Shown here piece by piece: positions 1-15,000 of a stretch of 64,000 nucleotides of DNA. The DNA is taken from assembly GCA_964016885.1 (NCBI GenBank), contig OZ024741.1, positions 404,984,001 to 405,048,000 of the forward strand. Direction: 5' to 3'. This DNA comes from Eledone cirrhosa. Its lineage: Eukaryota. The notes below the pieces were generated by a model that did not search any database, was not told the origin of the DNA, and saw nothing but the letters and a program-made list of their open reading frames with translations. Numbering within the stretch: position 1 is the stretch's first letter; the number at the start of each line of letters is the position of its first letter. The position numbers were made by a program, and so were the translations under genes.

Positions 1-46
1 TTTTATAATTAATTTTTACAGCTTTTCACAATTATTTTATAATTAA

Positions 47-64
47 TTGTGACAACCTTCACAA
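47..64. promoter_or_regulatory. Dyad TTGTGA-CAACCT-TCACAA (CRP/Rex-box-like); first of more than 1000 copies, function unproven
   Basis: Exact TGTGA-N6-TCACA CRP core and one mismatch to the Rex consensus TTGTGAA-N4-TTCACAA. The motif is certain, but the regulatory role is speculative because no gene is adjacent. Confidence 0.15.
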
Positions 65-3000
65 CTATTTTATAATTAATTTTTACAGATTTTCACAACT
101 ATTTTATAATTAATTGTGACAACCTTCACAACTATTTTATAATTAATTGTGACAACCTTCACAACTATTTTATAATTAATTTTTACAGCTTTTCACAACT
201 GTTTTATAGTTAATTGTGACAACCTTCACAACTATTTTATAATTAATCTTTACAACTTTCCACAACTATTTTATAATGAATTGTGACAACCTTCACAACT
301 ATTTTATAATTAATTTTTACAGCTTTTCACAACTATTTTATAATTAATTGTGACAACCTTCACAACTATTTTATAATTAATTTTTTCAGCTTTTCACAAC
401 TATTTTATAATGAATTGTGACAACCTTCACAACTATTTTATAATGAATTGTGACAACCTTCACAACTATTTTATAATTAATTGTGACAACCTTCACAACT
501 ATTTTATAATGAATTGTGACAACCTTCACAACTATTTTGTAATGAATTGTGACAACCTTCACAACTATTTTATAATTAATTGTGACAACCTTCACAACTA
601 TTTTATAATTAATTGTGACAACATTCACAACTATTTTATAATTAATTTTTACAGATTGTCACAACTATTTTATAATTAATTGTGACAACCTTCACAACTA
701 TTTTATAATTAATTGGGACAATCTTCACAACTATTTTATAATTAATTTTTAAAGATTTTCACAACTATTTTATAATTATTTGTGACAACCTTCACAACTA
801 TTTTATAATGAATTGTGACAACCTTCACAACTATTTTATAATTAATTTTTACAGCTTTTCACAACTATTTTATAATTAATTGTGACAACCTTCACAACTA
901 TTTTATAATTAATTTTTACAGATTTTCATAACTATTTTATAATTAATTGTGACAACCTTCACAACTATTTTATAATTAATTGTGACAACCTTCACAACTA
1001 TTTTATAATTAATTTTTACAGCTTTTCACAACTGTTTCATAATTAATTGTGACAACATTCACAACTATTTTATAATTAATTTTTACAGCTTTTCACAACT
1101 ATTTTATAATGAATTGTGACAACCTTCACAACTATTTTATAATTAATTTTTACAGCTTTTCACAACTATTTTATAATTAATTGTGACAACCTTCACAACT
1201 ATTTTATAATTAATTTTTTCAGCTTTTCACAACTATTTTATAATGAACTGTGACAACCTTCACAACTATTTCATAATGAATTGTGACAACCTTCACAACT
1301 ATTTTATAATGAATTGTGACAACCTTCACAACTATTTTATAATTAATTTTTACAGCTATTCGCAACTATTTTATAATTAATTGTGACAAAATTCACAACT
1401 ATTTTATAATTAATTGTGACAACCTTCACAACTATTTTATAATTAATTGTGACAACCTTCACAACTATTTTATAATTAATTTTTACAGCTTTTCACAACT
1501 GTTTTATAATTAATTGTGACAACCTTCACAACTATTTTATAATTAATTTTTACAGCTTTTCACAACTATTTTATAATGAATTGTGACAACCTTCACAACT
1601 ATTTTATAATTAATTTTTACAGATTTTCACAACTATTTTATAATTAATTGTGACAACCTTCACAACTATTTTATAATTAATTTTTTCAGCTTTTCACAAC
1701 TATTTTATAATGAACTGTGACAACCTTCATAACTATTTTATAATGAATTGTGACAACCTTCACAACTATTTTATAATGAATTGTGACAACCTTCACAACT
1801 ATTTTATAATTAATTTTTACAGCTTTTCACAACTATTTTATAATTAATTGTGACAAACTTCACAACTATTTTATAATGAATTGTGACAACCTTCACAACT
1901 ATTTTATAATTAATTTTTACAGCTTTTCACAACTATTTTATAATTAATTGTGACAAACTTCACAACTATTTTATAATTAATTGTGACAACCTTCACAATT
2001 ATTTTATAATTAATTGTGACAACATTCACAACTATTTTATAATTAATTTTTACAGATTTTTACAACTATTTTATAATTAATTGTGACAACCTTCACAACT
2101 ATTTTATAATTAATTGTGACAACCTTCACAACTATTTTATAATTAATTATGACAACCTTCACAACTATTTTATAATTAATTTTTAAAGATTTTCACAACT
2201 ATTTTATAATTAATTGTGACAACCTTCACAACTATTTTATAATTAATTTTTAAAGATTTTCACAACTATTTTATAATTAATTGTGACAACCTTCACAACT
2301 ATTTTATAATGAATTGTGACAACCTTCACAACTATTTTATAATGAATTGTGACAACCTTCACAACTATTTTATAATTAATTTTTACAGCTTTTCACAACT
2401 ATTTTATAATTAATTGTGACAACCTTCACAACTATTTTATAATGAATTGTGACAACCTTCACAACTATTTTATAATTAATTTTTTCAGCTTTTCACAACT
2501 ATTTTATAATTAATTGTGACAAACTTCACAACTATTTCATAATTAATTGTGACAACCTTCACAATTATTTTATAATTAATTGTGACAACATTCACAACTA
2601 TTTTATAATTAATTTTTACAGATTTTTACAACAATTTTATAATTAATTGTGACAACCTTCACAACTATTTTATAATTAATTGTGACAACCTTCACAACTA
2701 TTTTATAATGAATTGTGACAACCTTCACAACTATTTTATAATTAATTTTTACAGCTTTTCACAATTATTTTATAATTAATTGTGACAACCTTCACAACTA
2801 TTTTATAATTAATTTTTACAGATTTTCACAACTATTTTATAATTAATTGTGACAACCTTCACAACTATTTTATAATTAATTGTGACAACCTTCACAATTT
2901 TTTTATAATTAATTTTTACAGCTTTTCACAACTGTTTTATAGTTAATTGTGACAACCTTCACAACTATTTTATAATTAATCTTTACAACTTTCCACAACT

Positions 3001-6000
3001 ATTTTATAATGAATTGTGACAACCTTCACAACTATTTTATAATTAATTTTTACAGCTTTTCACAACTATTTTATAATTAATTGTGACAACCTTCACAACT
3101 ATTTTATAATTAATTTTTTCAGCTTTTCACAACTATTTTATAATGAATTGTGACAACCTTCACAACTATTTTATAATGAATTGTGACAACCTTCACAACT
3201 ATTTTATAATTAATTGTGACAACCTTCACAACTATTTTATAATGAATTGTGACAACCTTCACAACTATTTTGTAATGAATTGTGACAACCTTCACAACTA
3301 TTTTATAATTAATTGTGACAACCTTCACAACTATTTTATAATTAATTGTGACAACATTCACAACTATTTTATAATTAATTTTTACAGATTGTCACAACTA
3401 TTTTATAATTAATTGTGACAACCTTCACAACTATTTTATAATTAATTGGGACAATCTTCACAACTATTTTATAATTAATTTTTAAAGATTTTCACAACTA
3501 TTTTATAATTATTTGTGACAACCTTCACAACTATTTTATAATGAATTGTGACAACCTTCACAACTATTTTATAATTAATTTTTACAGCTTTTCACAACTA
3601 TTTTATAATTAATTGTGACAACCTTCACAACTATTTTATAATTAATTTTTACAGATTTTCATAACTATTTTATAATTAATTGTGACAACCTTCACAACTA
3701 TTTTATAATTAATTGTGACAACCTTCACAACTATTTTATAATTAATTTTTACAGCTTTTCACAACTGTTTCATAATTAATTGTGACAACATTCACAACTA
3801 TTTTATAATTAATTTTTACAGCTTTTCACAACTATTTTATAATGAATTGTGACAACCTTCACAACTATTTTATAATTAATTTTTACAGCTTTTCACAACT
3901 ATTTTATAATTAATTGTGACAACCTTCACAACTATTTTATAATTAATTTTTTCAGCTTTTCACAACTATTTTATAATGAACTGTGACAACCTTCACAACT
4001 ATTTCATAATGAATTGTGACAACCTTCACAACTATTTTATAATGAATTGTGACAACCTTCACAACTATTTTATAATTAATTTTTACAGCTATTCGCAACT
4101 ATTTTATAATTAATTGTGACAAAATTCACAACTATTTTATAATTAATTGTGACAACCTTCACAACTATTTTATAATTAATTGTGACAACCTTCACAACTA
4201 TTTTATAATTAATTTTTACAGCTTTTCACAACTGTTTTATAATTAATTGTGACAACCTTCACAACTATTTTATAATTAATTTTTACAGCTTTTCACAACT
4301 ATTTTATAATGAATTGTGACAACCTTCACAACTATTTTATAATTAATTTTTACAGATTTTCACAACTATTTTATAATTAATTGTGACAACCTTCACAACT
4401 ATTTTATAATTAATTTTTTCAGCTTTTCACAACTATTTTATAATGAACTGTGACAACCTTCATAACTATTTTATAATGAATTGTGACAACCTTCACAACT
4501 ATTTTATAATGAATTGTGACAACCTTCACAACTATTTTATAATTAATTTTTACAGCTTTTCACAACTATTTTATAATTAATTGTGACAAACTTCACAACT
4601 ATTTTATAATGAATTGTGACAACCTTCACAACTATTTTATAATTAATTTTTACAGCTTTTCACAACTATTTTATAATTAATTGTGACAACCTTCACAACT
4701 ATTTTATAATTAATTTTTTCAGCTTTTCACAACTATTTTATAATGAATTGTGACAACCTTCACAACTATTTTATAATGAATTGTGACAACCTTCACAACT
4801 ATTTTATAATTAATTGTGACAACCTTCACAACTATTTTATAATGAATTGTGACAACCTTCACAACTATTTTGTAATGAATTGTGACAACCTTCACAACTA
4901 TTTTATAATTAATTGTGACAACCTTCACAACTATTTTATAATTAATTGTGACAACATTCACAACTATTTTATAATTAATTTTTACAGATTGTCACAACTA
5001 TTTTATAATTAATTGTGACAACCTTCACAACTATTTTATAATTAATTGGGACAATCTTCACAACTATTTTATAATTAATTTTTAAAGATTTTCACAACTA
5101 TTTTATAATTATTTGTGACAACCTTCACAACTATTTTATAATGAATTGTGACAACCTTCACAACTATTTTATAATTAATTTTTACAGCTTTTCACAACTA
5201 TTTTATAATTAATTGTGACAACCTTCACAACTATTTTATAATTAATTTTTACAGATTTTCATAACTATTTTATAATTAATTGTGACAACCTTCACAACTA
5301 TTTTATAATTAATTGTGACAACCTTCACAACTATTTTATAATTAATTTTTACAGCTTTTCACAACTGTTTCATAATTAATTGTGACAACATTCACAACTA
5401 TTTTATAATTAATTTTTACAGCTTTTCACAACTATTTTATAATGAATTGTGACAACCTTCACAACTATTTTATAATTAATTTTTACAGCTTTTCACAACT
5501 ATTTTATAATTAATTGTGACAACCTTCACAACTATTTTATAATTAATTTTTTCAGCTTTTCACAACTATTTTATAATGAACTGTGACAACCTTCACAACT
5601 ATTTCATAATGAATTGTGACAACCTTCACAACTATTTTATAATGAATTGTGACAACCTTCACAACTATTTTATAATTAATTTTTACAGCTATTCGCAACT
5701 ATTTTATAATTAATTGTGACAAAATTCACAACTATTTTATAATTAATTGTGACAACCTTCACAACTATTTTATAATTAATTGTGACAACCTTCACAACTA
5801 TTTTATAATTAATTTTTACAGCTTTTCACAACTGTTTTATAATTAATTGTGACAACCTTCACAACTATTTTATAATTAATTTTTACAGCTTTTCACAACT
5901 ATTTTATAATGAATTGTGACAACCTTCACAACTATTTTATAATTAATTTTTACAGATTTTCACAACTATTTTATAATTAATTGTGACAACCTTCACAACT

Positions 6001-9000
6001 ATTTTATAATTAATTTTTTCAGCTTTTCACAACTATTTTATAATGAACTGTGACAACCTTCATAACTATTTTATAATGAATTGTGACAACCTTCACAACT
6101 ATTTTATAATGAATTGTGACAACCTTCACAACTATTTTATAATTAATTTTTACAGCTTTTCACAACTATTTTATAATTAATTGTGACAAACTTCACAACT
6201 ATTTTATAATGAATTGTGACAACCTTCACAACTATTTTATAATTAATTTTTACAGCTTTTCACAACTATTTTATAATTAATTGTGACAAACTTCACAACT
6301 ATTTTATAATTAATTGTGACAACCTTCACAATTATTTTATAATTAATTGTGACAACATTCACAACTATTTTATAATTAATTTTTACAGATTTTTACAACT
6401 ATTTTATAATTAATTGTGACAACCTTCACAACTATTTTATAATTAATTGTGACAACCTTCACAACTATTTTATAATTAATTATGACAACCTTCACAACTA
6501 TTTTATAATTAATTTTTAAAGATTTTCACAACTATTTTATAATTAATTGTGACAACCTTCACAACTATTTTATAATTAATTGTGACAACCTTCACAACTA
6601 TTTTATAATTAATTTTTAAAGATTTTCACAACTATTTTATAATTAATTGTGACAACCTTCACAACTATTTTATAATGAATTGTGACAACCTTCACAACTA
6701 TTTTATAATGAATTGTGACAACCTTCACAACTATTTTATAATTAATTTTTACAGCTTTTCACAACTATTTTATAATTAATTGTGACAACCTTCACAACTA
6801 TTTTATAATGAATTGTGACAACCTTCACAACTATTTTATAATTAATTTTTTCAGCTTTTCACAACTATTTTATAATTAATTGTGACAAACTTCACAACTA
6901 TTTCATAATTAATTGTGACAACCTTCACAATTATTTTATAATTAATTGTGACAACATTCACAACTATTTTATAATTAATTTTTACAGATTTTTACAACAA
7001 TTTTATAATTAATTGTGACAACCTTCACAACTATTTTATAATTAATTGTGACAACCTTCACAACTATTTTATAATGAATTGTGACAACCTTCACAACTAT
7101 TTTATAATTAATTTTTACAGCTTTTCACAATTATTTTATAATTAATTGTGACAACCTTCACAACTATTTTATAATTAATTTTTACAGATTTTCACAACTA
7201 TTTTATAATTAATTGTGACAACCTTCACAACTATTTTATAATTAATTGTGACAACCTTCACAATTTTTTTATAATTAATTTTTACAGCTTTTCACAACTG
7301 TTTTATAGTTAATTGTGACAACCTTCACAACTATTTTATAATTAATCTTTACAACTTTCCACAACTATTTTATAATGAATTGTGACAACCTTCACAACTA
7401 TTTTATAATTAATTTTTTCAGCTTTTCACAACTATTTTATAATGAATTGTGACAACCTTCACAACTATTTTATAATGAATTGTGACAACCTTCACAACTA
7501 TTTTATAATTAATTGTGACAACCTTCACAACTATTTTGTAATGAATTGTGACAACCTTCACAACTATTTTATAATTAATTGTGACAACATTCACAACTAT
7601 TTTATAATTAATTTTTACAGATTGTCACAACTATTTTATAATTAATTGTGACAACCTTCACAACTATTTTATAATTAATTGGGACAATCTTCACAACTAT
7701 TTTATAATTAATTTTTAAAGATTTTCACAACTATTTTATAATTATTTGTGACAACCTTCACAACTATTTTATAATGAATTGTGACAACCTTCACAACTAT
7801 TTTATAATTAATTTTTACAGCTTTTCACAACTATTTTATAATTAATTGTGACAACCTTCACAACTATTTTATAATTAATTTTTACAGATTTTCATAACTA
7901 TTTTATAATTAATTGTGACAACCTTCACAACTATTTTATAATTAATTGTGACAACCTTCACAACTATTTTATAATTAATTTTTACAGCTTTTCACAACTG
8001 TTTCATAATTAATTGTGACAACATTCACAACTATTTTATAATTAATTTTTACAGCTTTTCACAACTATTTTATAATGAATTGTGACAACCTTCACAACTA
8101 TTTTATAATTAATTTTTACAGCTTTTCACAACTATTTTATAATTAATTGTGACAACCTTCACAACTATTTTATAATTAATTTTTTCAGCTTTTCACAACT
8201 ATTTTATAATGAACTGTGACAACCTTCACAACTATTTCATAATGAATTGTGACAACCTTCACAACTATTTTATAATGAATTGTGACAACCTTCACAACTA
8301 TTTTATAATTAATTTTTACAGCTATTCGCAACTATTTTATAATTAATTGTGACAAAATTCACAACTATTTTATAATTAATTGTGACAACCTTCACAACTA
8401 TTTTATAATTAATTGTGACAACCTTCACAACTATTTTATAATTAATTTTTACAGCTTTTCACAACTGTTTTATAATTAATTGTGACAACCTTCACAACTA
8501 TTTTATAATTAATTTTTACAGCTTTTCACAACTATTTTATAATGAATTGTGACAACCTTCACAACTATTTTATAATTAATTTTTACAGATTTTCACAACT
8601 ATTTTATAATTAATTGTGACAATCTTCACAACTATTTTATAATTAATTTTTTCAGCTTTTCACAACTATTTTATAATGAACTGTGACAACCTTCATAACT
8701 ATTTTATAATGAATTGTGACAACCTTCACAACTATTTTATAATGAATTGTGACAACCTTCACAACTATTTTATAATTAATTTTTACAGCTTTTCACAACT
8801 ATTTTATAATTAATTGTGACAAACTTCACAACTATTTTATAATGAATTGTGACAACCTTCACAACTATTTTATAATTAATTTTTACAGCTTTTCACAACT
8901 ATTTTATAATTAATTGTGACAAACTTCACAACTATTTTATAATTAATTGTGACAACCTTCACAATTATTTTATAATTAATTGTGACAACATTCACAACTA

Positions 9001-12000
9001 TTTTATAATTAATTTTTACAGATTTTTACAACTATTTTATAATTAATTGTGACAACCTTCACAACTATTTTATAATTAATTGTGACAACCTTCACAACTA
9101 TTTTATAATTAATTTTTTACAGATTTTCACAACTATTTTATAATTAATTGTGACAACCTTCACAACTATTTTATAATTAATTATGACAACCTTCACAACT
9201 ATTTTATAATTAATTTTTAAAGATTTTCACAACTATTTTATAATTAATTGTGACAACCTTCACAACTATTTTATAATGAATTGTGACAACCTTCACAACT
9301 ATTTTATAATTAATTGTGACAACCTTCACAACTATTTTATAATGAATTGTGACAACCTTCACAACTATTTTATAATTATTTTTTTCAGCTTTTCACAACT
9401 ATTTTATAATTAATTGTGACAAACTTCACAACTATTTTATAATTAATTGTGACAACCTTCACACTTATTTCATAATTAATTGTGACAACATTCACAACTA
9501 TTTTATAATTAATTTTTACAGATTTTTACAACTATTTTATAATTAATTGTGACAACCTTCACAACTATTTTATAATTAATTGTGACAACCTTCACAACTA
9601 TTTTATAATTAATTTTTGAAGATTTTCACAACTATTTTATAATTAATTGTGACAACCTTCACAACTATTTTATAATGAATTGTGACAACTTTCACAACTA
9701 TTTTATAATTAATTTTTACAGCTTTTCACAATTATTTTATAATTAATTGTGACAACCTTCACAACTATTTTATAATTAATTTTTACAGATTTTCACAACT
9801 ATTTTATAATTAATTGTGACAACCTTCACAACTATTTTATAATTAATTGTGACAACCTTCACAACTATTTTATAATTAATTTTTACAGCTTTTCACAACT
9901 GTTTTATAATTAATTGTGACAACCTTCACAACTATTTTATAATTAATCTTTACAACTTTTCACAACTATTTTATAATGAATTGTGACAACCTTCACAACT
10001 ATTTTATAATTAATTTTTACAGCTTTTCACAACTATTTTATAATTAATTGTGACAACCTTCACAACTATTTTATAGTTAATTTTTTCAGCTTTTCACAAC
10101 TATTTTATAATGAATTGTGACAACCTTCACAACTATTTTATAATGAATTGTGACAACCTTCACAACTATTTTATAATGAATTGTGACAACCTTCACAACT
10201 ATTTTATAATTAATTGTGACAACCTTCACAACTATTTTATAATGAATTGTGACAACCTTCACAACTATTTTGTAATGAATTGTGACAACCTTCACAACTA
10301 TTTTATAATTAATTGTGACAACCTTCACAATTATTTTATAATTAATTGTGACAACATTCACAACTATTTTATAATTAATTTTTACAGATTGTCACAACTA
10401 TTTTATAATTAATTGTGACAACCTTCACAACTATTTTATAATTAATTGGGACAATCTTCACAACTATTTTATAATTAATTTTTAAAGATTTTCACAACTA
10501 TTTTATAATTATTTGTGACAACCTTCACAACTATTTTATAATGAATTGTGACAACCTTCACAACTATTTTATAATTAATTTTTACAGCTTTTCACAACTA
10601 TTTTATAATTAATTGTGACAACCTTCACAACTATTTTATAATTAATTTTTACAGATTTTCATAACTATTTTATAATTAATTGTGACAACCTTCACAACTA
10701 TTTTATAATTAATTGTGACAACCTTCACAACTATTTTATAATTAATTTTTACAGCTTTTCACAACTATTTTATAATTAATTGTGACAACCTTCACAACTA
10801 TTTTATAATGAATTGTGACAACCTTCACAACTATTTTATAATTAATTTTTTCAGCTTTTCACAACTATTTTATAATTAATTGTGACAAACTTCACAACTA
10901 TTTCATAATTAATTGTGACAACCTTCACAATTATTTTATAATTAATTGTGACAACATTCACAACTATTTTATAATTAATTTTTACAGATTTTTACAACTA
11001 TTTTATAATTAATTGTGACAACCTTCACAACTATTTTATAATTAATTGTGACAACCTTCACAACTATTTTATAATGAATTGTGACAACCTTCACAACTAT
11101 TTTATAATTAATTTTTACAGCTTTTCACAATTATTTTATAATTAATTGTGACAACCTTCACAACTATTTTATAATTAATTTTTACAGATTTTCACAACTA
11201 TTTTATAATTAATTGTGACAACCTTCACAACTATTTTATAATTAATTGTGACAACCTTCACAACTATTTTATAATTAATTTTTACAGCTTTTCACAACTG
11301 TTTTATAGTTAATTGTGACAACCTTCACAACTATTTTATAATTAATCTTTACAACTTTCCACAACTATTTTATAATGAATTGTGACAACCTTCACAACTA
11401 TTTTATAATTAATTTTTACAGCTTTTCACAACTATTTTATAATTAATTGTGACAACCTTCACAACTATTTTATAATTAATTTTTTCAGCTTTTCACAACA
11501 ATTTTATAATGAATTGTGACAACCTTCACAACTATTTTATAATGAATTGTGACAACCTTCACAACTATTTTATAATGAATTGTGACAACCTTCACAACTA
11601 TTTTGTAATGAATTGTGACAACCTTCACAACTATTTTATAATTAATTGTGACAACCTTCACAACTATTTTATAATTAATTGTGACAACATTCACAACTAT
11701 TTTATAATTAATTTTTACAGATTGTCACAACTATTTTATAATTAATTGTGACAACCTTCACAACTATTTTATAATTAATTGGGACAATCTTCACAACTAT
11801 TTTATAATTAATTTTTACAGCTTTTCACAACTATTTTATAATTAATTGTGACAACCTTCACAACTATTTTATAGTTAATTTTTTCAGCTTTTCACAACTA
11901 TTTTATAATGAATTGTGACAACCTTCACAACTATTTTATAATGAATTGTGACAACCTTCACAACTATTTTATAATGAATTGTGACAACCTTCACAACTAT

Positions 12001-15000
12001 TTTATAATTAATTGTGACAACCTTCACAACTATTTTATAATGAATTGTGACAACCTTCACAACTATTTTGTAATGAATTGTGACAACCTTCACAACTATT
12101 TTATAATTAATTGTGACAACCTTCACAACTATTTTATAATTAATTGTGACAACATTCACAACTATTTTATAATTAATTTTTACAGATTGTCACAACTATT
12201 TTATAATTAATTGTGACAACCTTCACAACTATTTTATAATTAATTGGGACAATCTTCACAACTATTTTATAATTAATTTTTAAAGATTTTCACAACTATT
12301 TTATAATTATTTGTGACAACCTTCACAACTATTTTATAATGAATTGTGACAACCTTCACAACTATTTTATAATTAATTTTTACAGCTTTTCACAACTATT
12401 TTATAATTAATTGTGACAACCTTCACAACTATTTTATAATTAATTTTTACAGATTTTCATAACTATTTTATAATTAATTGTGACAACCTTCACAACTATT
12501 TTATAATTAATTGTGACAACTTTCACAACTATTTTATAATTAATTTTTACAGCTTTTCACAACTATTTTATAATTAATTGTGACAACCTTCACAACTATT
12601 TTATAATGAATTGTGACAACCTTCACAACTATTTTATAATTAATTTTTTCAGCTTTTCACAACTATTTTATAATTAATTGTGACAAACTTCACAACTATT
12701 TCATAATTAATTGTGACAACCTTCACAATTATTTTATAATTAATTGTGACAACATTCACAACTATTTTATAATTAATTTTTACAGATTTTTACAACTATT
12801 TTATAATTAATTGTGACAACCTTCACAACTATTTTATAATTAATTGTGACAACCTTCACAACTATTTTATAATGAATTGTGACAACCTTCACAACTATTT
12901 TATAATTAATTTTTACAGCTTTTCACAATTATTTTATAATTAATTGTGACAACCTTCACAACTATTTTATAATTAATTTTTACAGATTTTCACAACTATT
13001 TTATAATTAATTGTGACAACCTTCACAACTATTTTATAATTAATTGTGACAACCTTCACAACTATTTTATAATTAATTTTTACAGCTTTTCACAACTGTT
13101 TTATAATTAATTGTGACAACCTTCACAACTATTTTATAATTAATTTTTTCAGCTTTTCACAACTATTTTATAATGAATTGTGACAACCTTCACAACTATT
13201 TTATAATGAATTGTGACAACCTTCACAACTATTTTATAATTAATTGTGACAACCTTCACAACTATTTTATAATGAATTGTGACAACCTTCACAACTATTT
13301 TGTAATGAATTGTGACAACCTTCACAACTATTTTATAATTAATTGTGACAACCTTCACAACTATTTTATAATTAATTGTGACAACATTCACAACTATTTT
13401 ATAATTAATTTTTACAGATTGTCACAACTATTTTATAATTAATTGTGACAACCTTCACAACTATTTTATAATTAATTGGGACAATCTTCACAACTATTTT
13501 ATAATTAATTTTTAAAGATTTTCACAACTATTTTATAATTATTTGTGACAACCTTCACAACTATTTTATAATGAATTGTGACAACCTTCACAACTATTTT
13601 ATAATTAATTTTTACAGCTTTTCACAACTATTTTATAATTAATTGTGACAACCTTCACAACTATTTTATAATTAATTTTTACAGATTTTCATAACTATTT
13701 TATAATTAATTGTGACAACCTTCACAACTATTTTATAATTAATTGTGACAACCTTCACAACTATTTTATAATTAATTTTTACAGCTTTTCACAACTGTTT
13801 CATAATTAATTGTGACAACATTCACAACTATTTTATAATTAATTTTTACAGCTTTTCACAACTATTTTATAATGAATTGTGACAACCTTCACAACTATTT
13901 TATAATTAATTTTTACAGCTTTTCACAACTATTTTATAATTAATTGTGACAACCTTCACAACTATTTTATAATTAATTTTTTCAGCTTTTCACAACTATT
14001 TTATAATGAACTGTGACAACCTTCACAACTATTTCATAATGAATTGTGACAACCTTCACAACTATTTTATAATGAATTGTGACAACCTTCACAACTATTT
14101 TATAATTAATTTTTGCAGCTATTCGCAACTATTTTATAATTAATTGTGACAAAATTCACAACTATTTTATAATTAATTGTGACAACCTTCACAACTAGTT
14201 TATAATTAATTGTGACAACCTTCACAACTATTTTATAATTAATTTTTACAGCTTTTCACAACTGTTTTATAATTAATTGTGACAACCTTCACAACTATTT
14301 TATAATTAATTTTTACAGCTTTTCACAACTATTTTATAATGAATTGTGACAACCTTCACAACTATTTTATAATTAATTTTTACAGATTTTCACAACTATT
14401 TTATAATTAATTGTGACAACCTTCACAACTATTTTATAATTAATTTTTTCAGCTTTTCACAACTATTTTATAATGAACTGTGACAACCTTCATAACTATT
14501 TTATAATGAATTGTGACAACCTTCACAACTATTTTATAATGAATTGTGACAACCTTCACAACTATTTTATAATTAATTTTTACAGCTTTTCACAACTATT
14601 TTATAATTAATTGTGACAAACTTCACAACTATTTTATAATGAATTGTGACAACCTTCACAACTATTTTATAATTAATTTTTACAGCTTTTCACAACTATT
14701 TTATAATTAATTGTGACAAACTTCACAACTATTTTATAATTAATTGTGACAACCTTCACAATTATTTTATAATTAATTGTGACAACATTCACAACTATTT
14801 TATAATTAATTTTTACAGATTTTTACAACTATTTTATAATTAATTGTGACAACCTTCACAACTATTTTATAATTAATTGTGACAACCTTCACAACTATTT
14901 TATAATTAATTTTTTACAGATTTTCACAACTATTTTATAATTAATTGTGACAACCTTCACAACTATTTTATAATTAATTATGACAACCTTCACAACTATT

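Noticed and set aside
404-432. lac operator or vector-derived sequence (TATAATGAATTGTGA)
   Set aside because: Only AATTGTGA matches and the GCGGATAACAATT part is absent. The nested natural-looking variation argues against a synthetic operator array.
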